Source of the DNA: an uncultured phage cr125_1 | Sequence record: NC_055900.1 | Strand: one strand, 5' to 3' | DNA: 40,000 nt | Shown here: piece after piece, positions 30,338 to 39,108 of the stretch | Position numbering within the stretch: the first letter of the stretch is position 1 | How the letters are laid out: the number at the start of each line of letters is the position of its first letter | Notes under the pieces: generated by a model | What the model was told of the DNA's origin: nothing | Seen by the model: the letters and a program-made list of their open reading frames with translations, nothing else | Database searches by the model: none | Program-made: the position numbers and the translations under genes

Positions 30338-30479
30338 GGGGCATCGTGGTTTTGACAGCAATAGTGAAAATAGAATAGGTCAATAACGCCATAACTGGCA
30401 ACTTTTATGTAACAGACTACACTCGTATTGCAGCGTAATACGATAAGTCAACGGCTAAGCTAATGTCGTAAAAAGCTGG
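30338..30479 (+). ncRNA. ssrA: tmRNA 5' half with tag reading frame, circularly permuted gene
   Basis: GGGGCATCGTGGTTTTGACAGCAATAGT...; GCCA-TAAC-TGGC hairpin; tag-like frame ...TDYTRIAA-TAA inside hairpin CGTATT/AATACG. 3' boundary inferred. Confidence 0.65.
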
Positions 30480-30524
30480 AGTGAGATAGGAAATAAGGAG
30501 GGTTCGATTCCCTCCCTCACTACA
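30480..30524 (+). ncRNA. tRNA-like minihelix (acceptor + T-arm only)
   Basis: AGTGAGA-TAGGAAATAAG-GAGGG-TTCGATT-CCCTC-CCTCACT-ACA; T arm 5/5 bp with TTCGATT loop and 6 of 7 acceptor pairs, but no room for D or anticodon arms. Confidence 0.6.
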
Positions 30525-30607
30525 AAACTAATTATCAAAATTAGTAGTATTAAGAGATACAGATTATGAACATTCCTTTTATGGTTCAACTCAAAAAGAT
30601 GTAAATT

Positions 30608-30889
30608 ATGAGTGTAAACAGAGCAATCAATGATCTAATACCTCCTGAATGGTATTATGTATTAAAAAAGAACAGAGTATTAACTCACTTTGTTAAGTAC
30701 ATGTACGAATACTGTGTTCCTCAATGTTGGAGGAACAAGTTTATGTTTAAGAAATCTATTGAACGAATTAAGTTTCGTATCAATTCAGGTTTCATGTTCT
30801 GCTTCGATCCTCACAATACAAGTGAAGGATATGATTTCTGGAAGAAAATCGATTTAGAAATTACAAATTATATAGAACAATGTCGGTAA
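30608..30889 (+). CDS. Hypothetical protein, 93 aa
   Basis: Intact ORF in the + strand array. Confidence 0.6.
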   Translation: MSVNRAINDLIPPEWYYVLKKNRVLTHFVKYMYEYCVPQCWRNKFMFKKSIERIKFRINSGFMFCFDPHNTSEGYDFWKKIDLEITNYIEQCR

Positions 30890-31071
30890 AAGTAATCGAA
30901 ATCATTCCCTGGGTTAAATTTAATAAGCCAGGAGTAAAAGAAGAATTAGAGAAATTATCTAGTTCTTGTACAAGTAAGATGGATTTTCTTTCTCATGTAA
31001 AAGATAAGTATGAACTATCTATTACAGATGCAAAGACAGTAGCAGACAAATTTTTCAAAAAGGAGGTATAA
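30880..31071 (+). CDS. Hypothetical protein, 63 aa
   Basis: Intact ORF, overlapping starts/stops with neighbours. Confidence 0.55.
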   Translation: MSVKVIEIIPWVKFNKPGVKEELEKLSSSCTSKMDFLSHVKDKYELSITDAKTVADKFFKKEV

Positions 31072-31073
31072 TT

Positions 31074-31532
31074 ATGTTAGAACTTAAGAAACCAGGCTTG
31101 TACATAGCTAATGGTAAAAGCACAAGTGTGTTAATCAGAGTTGCAGGAACTGCACCCTGCTTAACTATTATCAGAGGCATCTTGCTGAATGATATGGAAA
31201 AAGATGGTACTATCACAGTACTAGAAAAAGAGAGTCTTGAAATACAAGACATCATGGCTAATCCAAAGTCTTATATATTTGATAAGCCAGCTGTAAGTCA
31301 GGCAGTATTGAATACATTAGGCTTAGAGGCTACGGAGAAGAACAGAATTGAGTATACTGAGAAAGAGTTTGCTGGCTATATAGCCTCATACAGACTTAAT
31401 CGTACAATGTATCCTGATGAATATATTGTAAAGACTCAAGTAGTACTCATACAAAAGGGCTTCTCAAAATCTCAGGCAGATATGATTATAAGTCAAATTG
31501 AAACTCGTTTAAGGCTTCAAGGAGAAATGTAA
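31074..31532 (+). CDS. Hypothetical protein, 152 aa
   Basis: Intact ORF, TAATG-type coupling to next gene. Confidence 0.65.
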   Translation: MLELKKPGLYIANGKSTSVLIRVAGTAPCLTIIRGILLNDMEKDGTITVLEKESLEIQDIMANPKSYIFDKPAVSQAVLNTLGLEATEKNRIEYTEKEFAGYIASYRLNRTMYPDEYIVKTQVVLIQKGFSKSQADMIISQIETRLRLQGEM

Positions 31533-32014
31533 TGAATGTCATTGAGTATTTACAAACAAACTTAGAACCATTCTATAGGTTCTATGCTGGACATATACCC
31601 ATATTAACTACACGTGATATGAATACTCCATTTATTTTAAATGGAAAGGTATATTGTACCGGCTTTATAAATATAGGAAAGAATTGGTATAAAATCGTAG
31701 TAGATGAAAGTATGGACGGAGCTATAACATATGGTTTACGTAACTATATTAGTATTAGAGCTATTCATCCAGAAATCTATACTATCATCCGAAGAATACA
31801 AGATAAACTTATGTTATCTATGATAGCTAATCTTGAGAGTACTAGTACTAAGACAGAATTAGTACAATTAAGAATAGTTACTAATATGATTATGAATCTT
31901 ACTTATTTAGACTCAGATATAAGATTAGATTGGACTAATTGGATAAGAGATTTATATTGGAAAAGGAAAGCAGCTGTACATCAGTATATTATAAATTACA
32001 TACTGCCTTTTTAA
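31532..32014 (+). CDS. Hypothetical protein, 160 aa
   Basis: Intact ORF. Confidence 0.65.
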   Translation: MNVIEYLQTNLEPFYRFYAGHIPILTTRDMNTPFILNGKVYCTGFINIGKNWYKIVVDESMDGAITYGLRNYISIRAIHPEIYTIIRRIQDKLMLSMIANLESTSTKTELVQLRIVTNMIMNLTYLDSDIRLDWTNWIRDLYWKRKAAVHQYIINYILPF

Positions 32015-32070
32015 TTCTTTTCAGGATTATAGTCATTGGGTTGGCTATAGTCCACTAAAATCTAGCTACT

Positions 32071-32619
32071 ATGAAAGAAGAAGAAAAGCTTCTAGTAGAG
32101 CAAGCTAGAGATGGTTCTGAAAAAGCTTTTAATGCACTTTACAACAAATATTATAAAACAGTCTGGTATACTGCAAATAATGTAGTAAGAAATACAGATG
32201 CAGCAGATGATATAACATCTATGGTATTTACTAAAGTGTACTTAAAATTGCAATCTTTTACTAATCATATTTCATTTGAAATGTGGTTAAAGACAATTAC
32301 AGTTAATACTGCAATTGACTATATAAGACGGAACAAAAAAGAGCAATTAAATAGCTATATTGATGACGAAGAGTCTAAAATTCAACTAAGCGGGTTGGAG
32401 CATAGTCCTGAAGATAATATGATATTTCAACAAAATGTCGATATAGTAATGGAATGCATTCCTCGTTTAAAGAAGAAATATAGAGATTTAATATACGCTC
32501 GCCTTGATGGAAAATCCTATCAACAAATTTCACAAGAGCTTGCCATACCAGAAGCAACAGTTAAAACCTGTTTGAATAAGGCAAGACAGAGACTAAAACA
32601 ATTATTTAACCAATATTAA
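32071..32619 (+). CDS. RNA polymerase sigma factor, sigma-70/ECF type
   Basis: Region 2-like FNALYNKYYKTVWYTANNVVRNTDAADDITSMVFTKVY...FEMWLKTITVNTAIDYIRRNKK and region 4-like IPRLKKKYRDLIYARLDGKSYQQISQELAIPEATVKTCLNKARQRLKQLF. Confidence 0.92.
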   Translation: MKEEEKLLVEQARDGSEKAFNALYNKYYKTVWYTANNVVRNTDAADDITSMVFTKVYLKLQSFTNHISFEMWLKTITVNTAIDYIRRNKKEQLNSYIDDEESKIQLSGLEHSPEDNMIFQQNVDIVMECIPRLKKKYRDLIYARLDGKSYQQISQELAIPEATVKTCLNKARQRLKQLFNQY

Positions 32620-32635
32620 CCAATACTTACAAATT

Positions 32636-32995
32636 ATGGCAAATTCATTTGGTCTATTGCTTGCTGCAATAACAATTTGTTTCATCATCGCAAGATTGAT
32701 GAAAGATGCCAAAGCCTTCACTAGATTAATGGCCATTCTAGTAGTAGGTTTAATTGTAGGTGCAGGAGTTAAACAAGTATACAAGAAATGTATATCTACT
32801 CCTGAGAAAGCTGCAGTAGTTACTGTAGAACCAGCTCCCATGTATAGTAGTAATGCATCTGTTGTTTGGAATGCATTACCTTGCAATCAGGACTATACAA
32901 GTAAGGAAAACAAAGCTGATCGTGACAGTACAGTAACTGAAGCAGAAGGAACATCTACAAAGGAAGTAAACAGTACATACATTGATGATTCGTGA
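32636..32995 (+). CDS. Membrane protein, 119 aa
   Basis: Two hydrophobic segments near N-terminus. Confidence 0.6.
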   Translation: MANSFGLLLAAITICFIIARLMKDAKAFTRLMAILVVGLIVGAGVKQVYKKCISTPEKAAVVTVEPAPMYSSNASVVWNALPCNQDYTSKENKADRDSTVTEAEGTSTKEVNSTYIDDS

Positions 32996-33081
32996 AGAGA
33001 CTTCAATTCTTGACGTATTATTTTATTGTATCTACAAAGTATTTAACAATTAAAATGGCGAAGGAGCGCCTCATTATCAAA

Positions 33082-34437
33082 ATGGCAAAAGTAAGTAAGA
33101 AAGCTAAAGCATTAGCTAGTAAAACAAAAACAAATAAGGTAGAGGAACAAGTAAAGACTCAGGATGCTACTCCAGCACCTGTTGAAGCGCCTAAACCTGA
33201 AGAGAAACCTCAGGAAGTAGTGGAAAACAAAGAAACCAAAGAAACCCCTGAGGTTAAGGACGAAAAGACAAAGAAAGGGAAGAAACCAGAAGTTATCGTT
33301 CTCGAAGTAGTAGAAGGTAAGAAAGAGACAGCAATGTCTATTTCTTCATCTATTGGACAAATTGTTGGAAGTGCTGGTGGTAAAGGAGATCGCATTGATA
33401 AGAATCATGCTATTGAATTCATGGGTATCTTGCATAAAGAATACCTAGCCAATCCGGAGACTCCAGAAGACGTAAAGAAGAATCTCAAGAAACAGTTTGA
33501 CGTAATGACGGCTGTTACTCTTGTTAACTACTTTACTCAGCTTGAAGGGGACTTCCAAAGTATGGGTATTCGCATTAACTCAAATATGAGAGAACAAGCA
33601 GAAGCTGTACTTGGAGACTATCTTGGTATCAAGGTTAAGTATATCCAAGCAGAAGACAATTCAAAACAGTTAGTTCTTGAATTCAAAGAAGTTCCGGAAG
33701 AAGTTCGCAAGAATGCTAAAGAGGACAAGAAAGTTGCAAAACTTGACATTCCTGAAGCAGATCCAAAGATGCCGGATCCTGAGAAACTTAAAGTATTACG
33801 ATCAATCTTCGCTCAACAAGGAGCTGGAGGTATCGGTAGTAACTTGTTGAGTGGTATCGAATGGGGACGTAGAGCATTCTCATTCTCTATGGAAGAAAAG
33901 AAATCTGTAGTATTTGCGAATATCATTAACAAAGGAGCGGATGCTACCTTACTTACCGCAATAAAAGGTATGGTAAGGGGTAAAATGAGTTCTGAACACA
34001 GTATCCTTGGTGCTCATGCTTTACTTAAGTCTTGGTGTCCAAGTATAACTGATAAGGAAGTAGCAGAACTTATCCAAGTAATCGTTTCAATCAATGCTGA
34101 AAAGAAAACAAATGATTGGAACGAAAAGGCTAGTCCTGATCTTAAGACTACTTATGAGAAGGAACTTGAAGCAGTTACTCGTAACATCATTACGGCTAAC
34201 ACAAGTAAAGCAATTGATGCTATCTTGAAAGGAAAAGAAGAAGCTACTTTGGAATATGAAGACCGGAAGGGATTCATAACAATTCATCCGAAAGCAATTC
34301 GTAGGACTCTTGAAGCTGCTTATGGCGATTCTGAGAACATCTTAAAAGACAAGATGGAGGAAATTGCTAAATACTATGTGAAGCCAATCATGCGGCTCTC
34401 TAGTTATGTAGACAAGAGTGCTTACTCCGAAGAGTAA
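33082..34437 (+). CDS. Conserved-looking phage protein, 451 aa, Lys/Glu-rich N-terminus
   Basis: Long intact ORF; MAKVSKKAKALASKTK start more plausible than the 32992 start of the ORF track. Confidence 0.7.
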   Translation: MAKVSKKAKALASKTKTNKVEEQVKTQDATPAPVEAPKPEEKPQEVVENKETKETPEVKDEKTKKGKKPEVIVLEVVEGKKETAMSISSSIGQIVGSAGGKGDRIDKNHAIEFMGILHKEYLANPETPEDVKKNLKKQFDVMTAVTLVNYFTQLEGDFQSMGIRINSNMREQAEAVLGDYLGIKVKYIQAEDNSKQLVLEFKEVPEEVRKNAKEDKKVAKLDIPEADPKMPDPEKLKVLRSIFAQQGAGGIGSNLLSGIEWGRRAFSFSMEEKKSVVFANIINKGADATLLTAIKGMVRGKMSSEHSILGAHALLKSWCPSITDKEVAELIQVIVSINAEKKTNDWNEKASPDLKTTYEKELEAVTRNIITANTSKAIDAILKGKEEATLEYEDRKGFITIHPKAIRRTLEAAYGDSENILKDKMEEIAKYYVKPIMRLSSYVDKSAYSEE

Positions 34438-34442
34438 TCAAT

Positions 34443-34820
34443 ATGAAACGGTTAAATTTAATAATAACACTGTTTGTAGTGTTATTAGGAGGATTTATTG
34501 GATTTGATCCTAATTCTCCGTCTCAAACAATAGGAGCAGAAGAGACTAGAATTCGTTGGGTAGACGTACCTAAAATGCCAGTAGACGTACTAGGCTTGAA
34601 TAAGTCAGTTTCTGTAAATCTTAAAGATGAGACTGTATCACTTAACGGTAACGTTGATAATACAACTGTGACAATTATAAGGGACGTTGAAACACGCCCA
34701 GAGTACAAAGAACGAGTAATAAAGGAGGTAATTTACGAACCAGACATTGTATTTAGTACAAAACTGATGAGCAAATTAATGCCATTAAAACTGCCAAAGA
34801 TAAACGCAGACCGTAACTAG
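34443..34820 (+). CDS. Exported or membrane-anchored small protein, 125 aa, terminates at TAG
   Basis: Signal/TM-like MKRLNLIITLFVVLLGGFIGF; TAG at 34818..34820; readthrough would add about 30 aa. Confidence 0.6.
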   Translation: MKRLNLIITLFVVLLGGFIGFDPNSPSQTIGAEETRIRWVDVPKMPVDVLGLNKSVSVNLKDETVSLNGNVDNTTVTIIRDVETRPEYKERVIKEVIYEPDIVFSTKLMSKLMPLKLPKINADRN

Positions 34821-34952
34821 AGTAGTAAAACGGTATATAAAGGCTATAAACTACAAATTCGTTACTTAAACCTAACTAAGTTGTGTAACGTGGATAATAC
34901 AGGATACTGAAATGTACTAATAATAGCAAACACTATCTATTTATACTATAGT

Positions 34953-35114
34953 ATGATAACTTATTGTGTTACAAATTATCCAGTAACTGAAGAAGCAATA
35001 AGAAAGTGGGAGAGCGCGCGAAACCCACAAGGTGAGAACCGTATTGGAGACCTAAAAGACGCAGATGTGGAAGGAGCAGCTATCGCATCTAAACAAGGCA
35101 AGGGGTATCGTTAA
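34953..35114 (+). CDS. Small protein, 53 aa
   Basis: MITYCVTNYPVTEEAIRKWESARNPQGENRIGDLKDADVEGAAIASKQGKGYR*; coding-like composition; absent from ORF track. Confidence 0.55.
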   Translation: MITYCVTNYPVTEEAIRKWESARNPQGENRIGDLKDADVEGAAIASKQGKGYR

Positions 35115-35299
35115 CCTCTTTATACATTCGTTGGCTAATTCAAAAGCGAAATCACGGAGGAATGTAAACACGTGCCGTACGTTGTCATTTAAATCTGAAT
35201 CGACTAGCATTCTAGGGTAGTCTCCAAAACTCCCCTGTGCGGGGCGGTAAACAATCCGTCAGCCAAAGAATATTGGCTTAGTGTTCTATTTTATATCTA

Positions 35300-36060
35300 A
35301 ATACTTCTGTTGTATAGAAAGTATAATTCAACTGGGAATAGGTTAGGTTGATAGCAAAACTATAACTTAGATATAAGATATATGAAGGAGCAGCGCTTAT
35401 ATATAATTAGCAGAAATTGAGACAGGACATGGCTGAGTAGCTATGATCCGCATAGAACTTCACTTGTATAGAAGCTATGTGACAGATTAACTGGATTAGG
35501 TGCAAAACCTATACGCAATACAGTGAACGTTAGAGTTAGCTGTTTGAGACTTAGTCTCTATGGAAAGTAAATTGCGTGTCTTACAGCCTGAGATATTTCA
35601 TAATATAGTTGCAATTACTATACTGTTTTACTGAAGCAGAATGAGATTAAGGTTATATATAAGAGAAGTGACTTGTTAGTAATGTCACTATAAACCTAAA
35701 GTGCTTTGCACTAGGATATAAACTAACTAGCGCCTGAAGTCCGCAATAAGACTATTGGTAGGTAGATATATGAACAATATAAGTATATCTACACGAAAGG
35801 AAAGGAAGTGGAGTAAGTCCACTAATAAAACTTACAAAGTAGAAGTAAGGTTACTTTAGTACCAAGGTTTGCTATAAATAATTAGGTTAGGAGCTATGCA
35901 CTCCAGCATAGAGCAGGATCCTACGCGCATCCTAGAGGCCGACACGAAGCAGATTGGAATTAAATCTGTGTATTACTATACTATAGTAGTCTGTATATGG
36001 AGAATATAAGACAATAAATCTATTCGGTATAAGTGCCTACGCTGAAACGAACAGCTATAA
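35300..36060 (+). ncRNA. Candidate large structured non-coding RNA, unclassified
   Basis: No credible ORF; local perfect hairpins such as TAGGT-gcaaa-ACCTA, GAGAC-tta-GTCTC, AGTGAC/GTCACT, AGTGC-ttt-GCACT, AGATATA/TATATCT, AGTGGA-gtaag-TCCACT. Confidence 0.4.
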
Positions 36061-36080
36061 CAAATAAGGTGAGTGTAAAC

Positions 36081-36203
36081 ATGTTTAACTTTAAAACAAT
36101 TGGGAAGTTCAATGGCAGTAGGTTTGACAAACTTACAAGCCACCCCGCTATCGAAGAATCTTGCTACATGAAATTCTGTAAACTAATATGCGCAACACAT
36201 TAG
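36081..36203 (+). CDS. Possible small protein, 40 aa, terminates at TAG
   Basis: MFNFKTIGKFNGSRFDKLTSHPAIEESCYMKFCKLICATH[TAG], preceded by GGTGAGTGTAAAC; weak. Confidence 0.3.
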   Translation: MFNFKTIGKFNGSRFDKLTSHPAIEESCYMKFCKLICATH

Positions 36204-36965
36204 CCAAGGAGATCGCTGAGACTAATTTTAGTACCTCTCATTAGGGTACTGGTTGAATGGTTGGAAATACCATAAGATGAAGTAGTAACCCGAGATTTAT
36301 CGCAATGTCGGAAGTGAATCTGTCCAAAAGTGGGCGTCTTGAAAAATTAGACGGCTTTTGTATTAGTGTTTTAGTAACGTTTCTCAACAGAAACGACCCT
36401 CATTCGCTTAGAATGTTGTAAGCCTAAATGCCCGTAGATGATACCATTTCATTGATGATGGAGCTCTTTACATCTTTGCATCAAATTGCGTTGTAAGGTA
36501 CGGCAAAAAAACAGGGAAACGGTAAGGTTACGAGTCCCCTTTAAGTACAATCTCGAAGCCTAAGGAATAATTAACAGATTATTTCATACAATAACATATT
36601 TATAAAGTTTTAAGTAGAAGTAGATAAACAGAAGAACAGTTGACTCATACGTCTTATGAGTAAAGTCCTACGGGGAATGCTGAGTAGAGCAATAGCACTA
36701 CGTTCTAGTAAGCGAGTTCTATTATACTTATACACATTTTATCGTAATTTACAAATTTTATCAGACATTAACAATCGTCGTATTACTGAATACATTATTG
36801 AGATTAATTAATTCTTTTCATAGCTTTATTAAAGCGGACTTATAACAAAATAAGCAGAATTAGCAGAATATGAGTAATACGTGAATTTTTATTATTTTAG
36901 TATTAACAATAGATTGAATATCTCGCTAAGACATCAATCTTAAAATCACATAGGAGATATAAATT

Positions 36966-37523
36966 ATGAATAAACCTTCATTTGACACAGCTTTGATCGC
37001 TCCGTATAGAGCAGAAATTGAGACTTGGAACCTTATGGGTCGTAAACTGCTTACTGTAAAGGTAGAGCCAGCTGATCTTGAGTTTAATGATAAGGTCCGG
37101 AAGAACGAGTTACGGCTTGTACGGCCTATCATGAAGTATATCATTGAAGAAATTGAAATCTTTGGTAGTCAGATTGTCTGCCTTCCGGATGGAGTTACTC
37201 CAGTAATCGAATTGAACAATGATCCGTCATTGCAGTTCAAGATTGGACCGGCTAAATTCAACGAAGTAACTACGGATACTATTCGTCAGGCTGTTGAGTT
37301 CAACAGTAAAACTAGTATTGCTGGTCGGGAACCTATCTTCTTCACTGACTATCTTGCACTTGTTGAACAGGTAAATCGTCTGAATGGCTTTGAGATGGAG
37401 AAGGCTAATCAGATTGCAGAAGAGATGCTGAATCTCTCTAAGATGTTGCAGGATTTGAATAACTTGCAGACTACAAACTGTGACAAGTACTATGACGAAA
37501 TTGGTACTCCGTTGAAAAAATAA
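36966..37523 (+). CDS. Hypothetical protein, 185 aa
   Basis: Intact ORF with GGAG ribosome-binding-like sequence upstream. Confidence 0.7.
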   Translation: MNKPSFDTALIAPYRAEIETWNLMGRKLLTVKVEPADLEFNDKVRKNELRLVRPIMKYIIEEIEIFGSQIVCLPDGVTPVIELNNDPSLQFKIGPAKFNEVTTDTIRQAVEFNSKTSIAGREPIFFTDYLALVEQVNRLNGFEMEKANQIAEEMLNLSKMLQDLNNLQTTNCDKYYDEIGTPLKK

Positions 37524-37536
37524 AAAATAATAAAGA

Positions 37537-38058
37537 ATGAAGATTCTTTCTAACTCTAAAAAACTGTTACTTGAACTCTTACTTAAGGATCATCGTATTA
37601 GTAGTGAGATACTACTTAATGGAGAGGTCCCTGCCTATATCAAAGTCCATGACGATGGGTCAGTGACTTTTGGCAGAACTAAGAAAGGATTCTGGAATTG
37701 GCTTTTCAAAGATGAGAAGCGATATGAATTCAGAGAGTTAAGTACAATGATGCTTGCTGCATATAGTAAGTATCTACCGCCAAACGAGTATCTTAGTAAT
37801 ATTCTAACTAAGAATATCATTGAAGATGCTTATAAAAAACATGACTATGAATCTGTTATTGATCGATTTGCATTATATGCCTTTCTAGGTGTAACAGAAG
37901 GTGATTATGTAATAGACAAAATTAAGCTGATAGACGAAGACACACAACAACAGCAGAAAAAGAATGTGCGTGGTCGAAGAATTGGAAATACAATAGGTTA
38001 TCTTGATCTAGGTGGAGGATCTTTACCAGTAGGTATTTCTATAGTCGAAAACGACTAA
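37537..38058 (+). CDS. Hypothetical protein, 173 aa
   Basis: Intact ORF. Confidence 0.65.
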   Translation: MKILSNSKKLLLELLLKDHRISSEILLNGEVPAYIKVHDDGSVTFGRTKKGFWNWLFKDEKRYEFRELSTMMLAAYSKYLPPNEYLSNILTKNIIEDAYKKHDYESVIDRFALYAFLGVTEGDYVIDKIKLIDEDTQQQQKKNVRGRRIGNTIGYLDLGGGSLPVGISIVEND

Positions 38059-38264
38059 ATATCATTCATGAATAAGTATTAGCAGATGGACGCTTATTCA
38101 TACTTAAGATTGAATAAACTCATTAGAAGAGTAATTAAGTATTTTATACAAGTAAAGAAGTTAGATGTAAATACTTCTTTATAAGTATAAAAGAAAGAAG
38201 AAATGATAATGTTTATATAAAACCACAAGAGCCTAAGACGATGGGTCAGGTATCTTGGTTTTAT

Positions 38265-38348
38265 GGCATGATGTTGGAATTGGTAGACAAGACAGACTTA
38301 AACTCTGTTAGGCATTAGCCTGTGCGGGTTCGATTCCCGCTCGTGCTA
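38265..38348 (+). tRNA. tRNA-Leu (anticodon TAA)
   Basis: GGCATGA...ACAGA-CTTAAAC-TCTGT...long variable arm...GCGGG-TTCGATT-CCCGC-TCGTGCT-A; class II tRNA. Confidence 0.88.
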
Positions 38349-38495
38349 CATATGCCTCTAGATGATGACTGTAAAGTTAATAAGGCAAGCCTAAAATAAT
38401 AAAGGCTATTCTTTCGATAGAACTAGAGGCGCTACAGGTAAGCGATTTTCTAATATACAATTGATCAAATTATTAACAATTAAAATCAATTATAT

Positions 38496-39023
38496 ATGAC
38501 GAAATCAATTACAACAGATATTAAACCAAACACACTCATTACAAAACGTGATAGTATTACAAGTGAAATCTCTCGATATTGGAAGATTATTGCTACAGAG
38601 AATGTAATTAAGAAAGGAGTTTCTCGTAACTACGATCTTAAGAGTTTATTAGTACGTATTAAAGCATTATACGATCAGCTTATACTTATTAAGCTTCGTA
38701 TTCAGTGTGCAAATATGGGAATGAAACTTAAAGATCTTCCTAAAGACGCAAACATTATTAACATTTATAAGCTATCTGCTTTAAATGAGTATTATGTAAA
38801 GCTTGACGAGATGATGAAAAAGCATACTATCAATCCTATTCTTAAAGCTAAGAAAGGTAAACGAAATCTAGGTATTACAGAAGAGATTACTCGTAATTAC
38901 TTCCGTAATAAACAAAGCGAGTGTTTGATTACATTGAATGAACTGCGTAAAGCTATTGCAGACTTTAATGATAATACAGATTTAAGCGATGACACAGCAC
39001 CTTTATACTTAGTTGTTGCTTAA
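38496..39023 (+). CDS. Hypothetical protein, 175 aa
   Basis: Intact ORF followed by a terminator. Confidence 0.65.
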   Translation: MTKSITTDIKPNTLITKRDSITSEISRYWKIIATENVIKKGVSRNYDLKSLLVRIKALYDQLILIKLRIQCANMGMKLKDLPKDANIINIYKLSALNEYYVKLDEMMKKHTINPILKAKKGKRNLGITEEITRNYFRNKQSECLITLNELRKAIADFNDNTDLSDDTAPLYLVVA

Positions 39024-39060
39024 TATGTAACAAAATCTATAATATTAAATTTATTAAACC

Positions 39061-39092
39061 AAAAGAGCAGGTAAGTATTTACTTGCTCTTTT
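39061..39092 (+). terminator. Rho-independent terminator
   Basis: AAAAGAGCAGGTAAGTATTTACTTGCTCTTTT. Confidence 0.8.
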
Positions 39093-39108
39093 ATAAAACT
39101 ATTAAATT

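Noticed and set aside
30338-30524. Conventional one-piece tmRNA using CCTCACT-ACA as its 3' end
   Set aside because: GGGGCAT cannot pair with CCTCACT, whereas ATGCTCC at 30164..30170 pairs across all 7 positions and P2 also points to the upstream piece.
34821-36965. Group II intron or reverse-transcriptase/retron element
   Set aside because: No domain V-like catalytic hairpin was recognised and no reverse transcriptase ORF is present.
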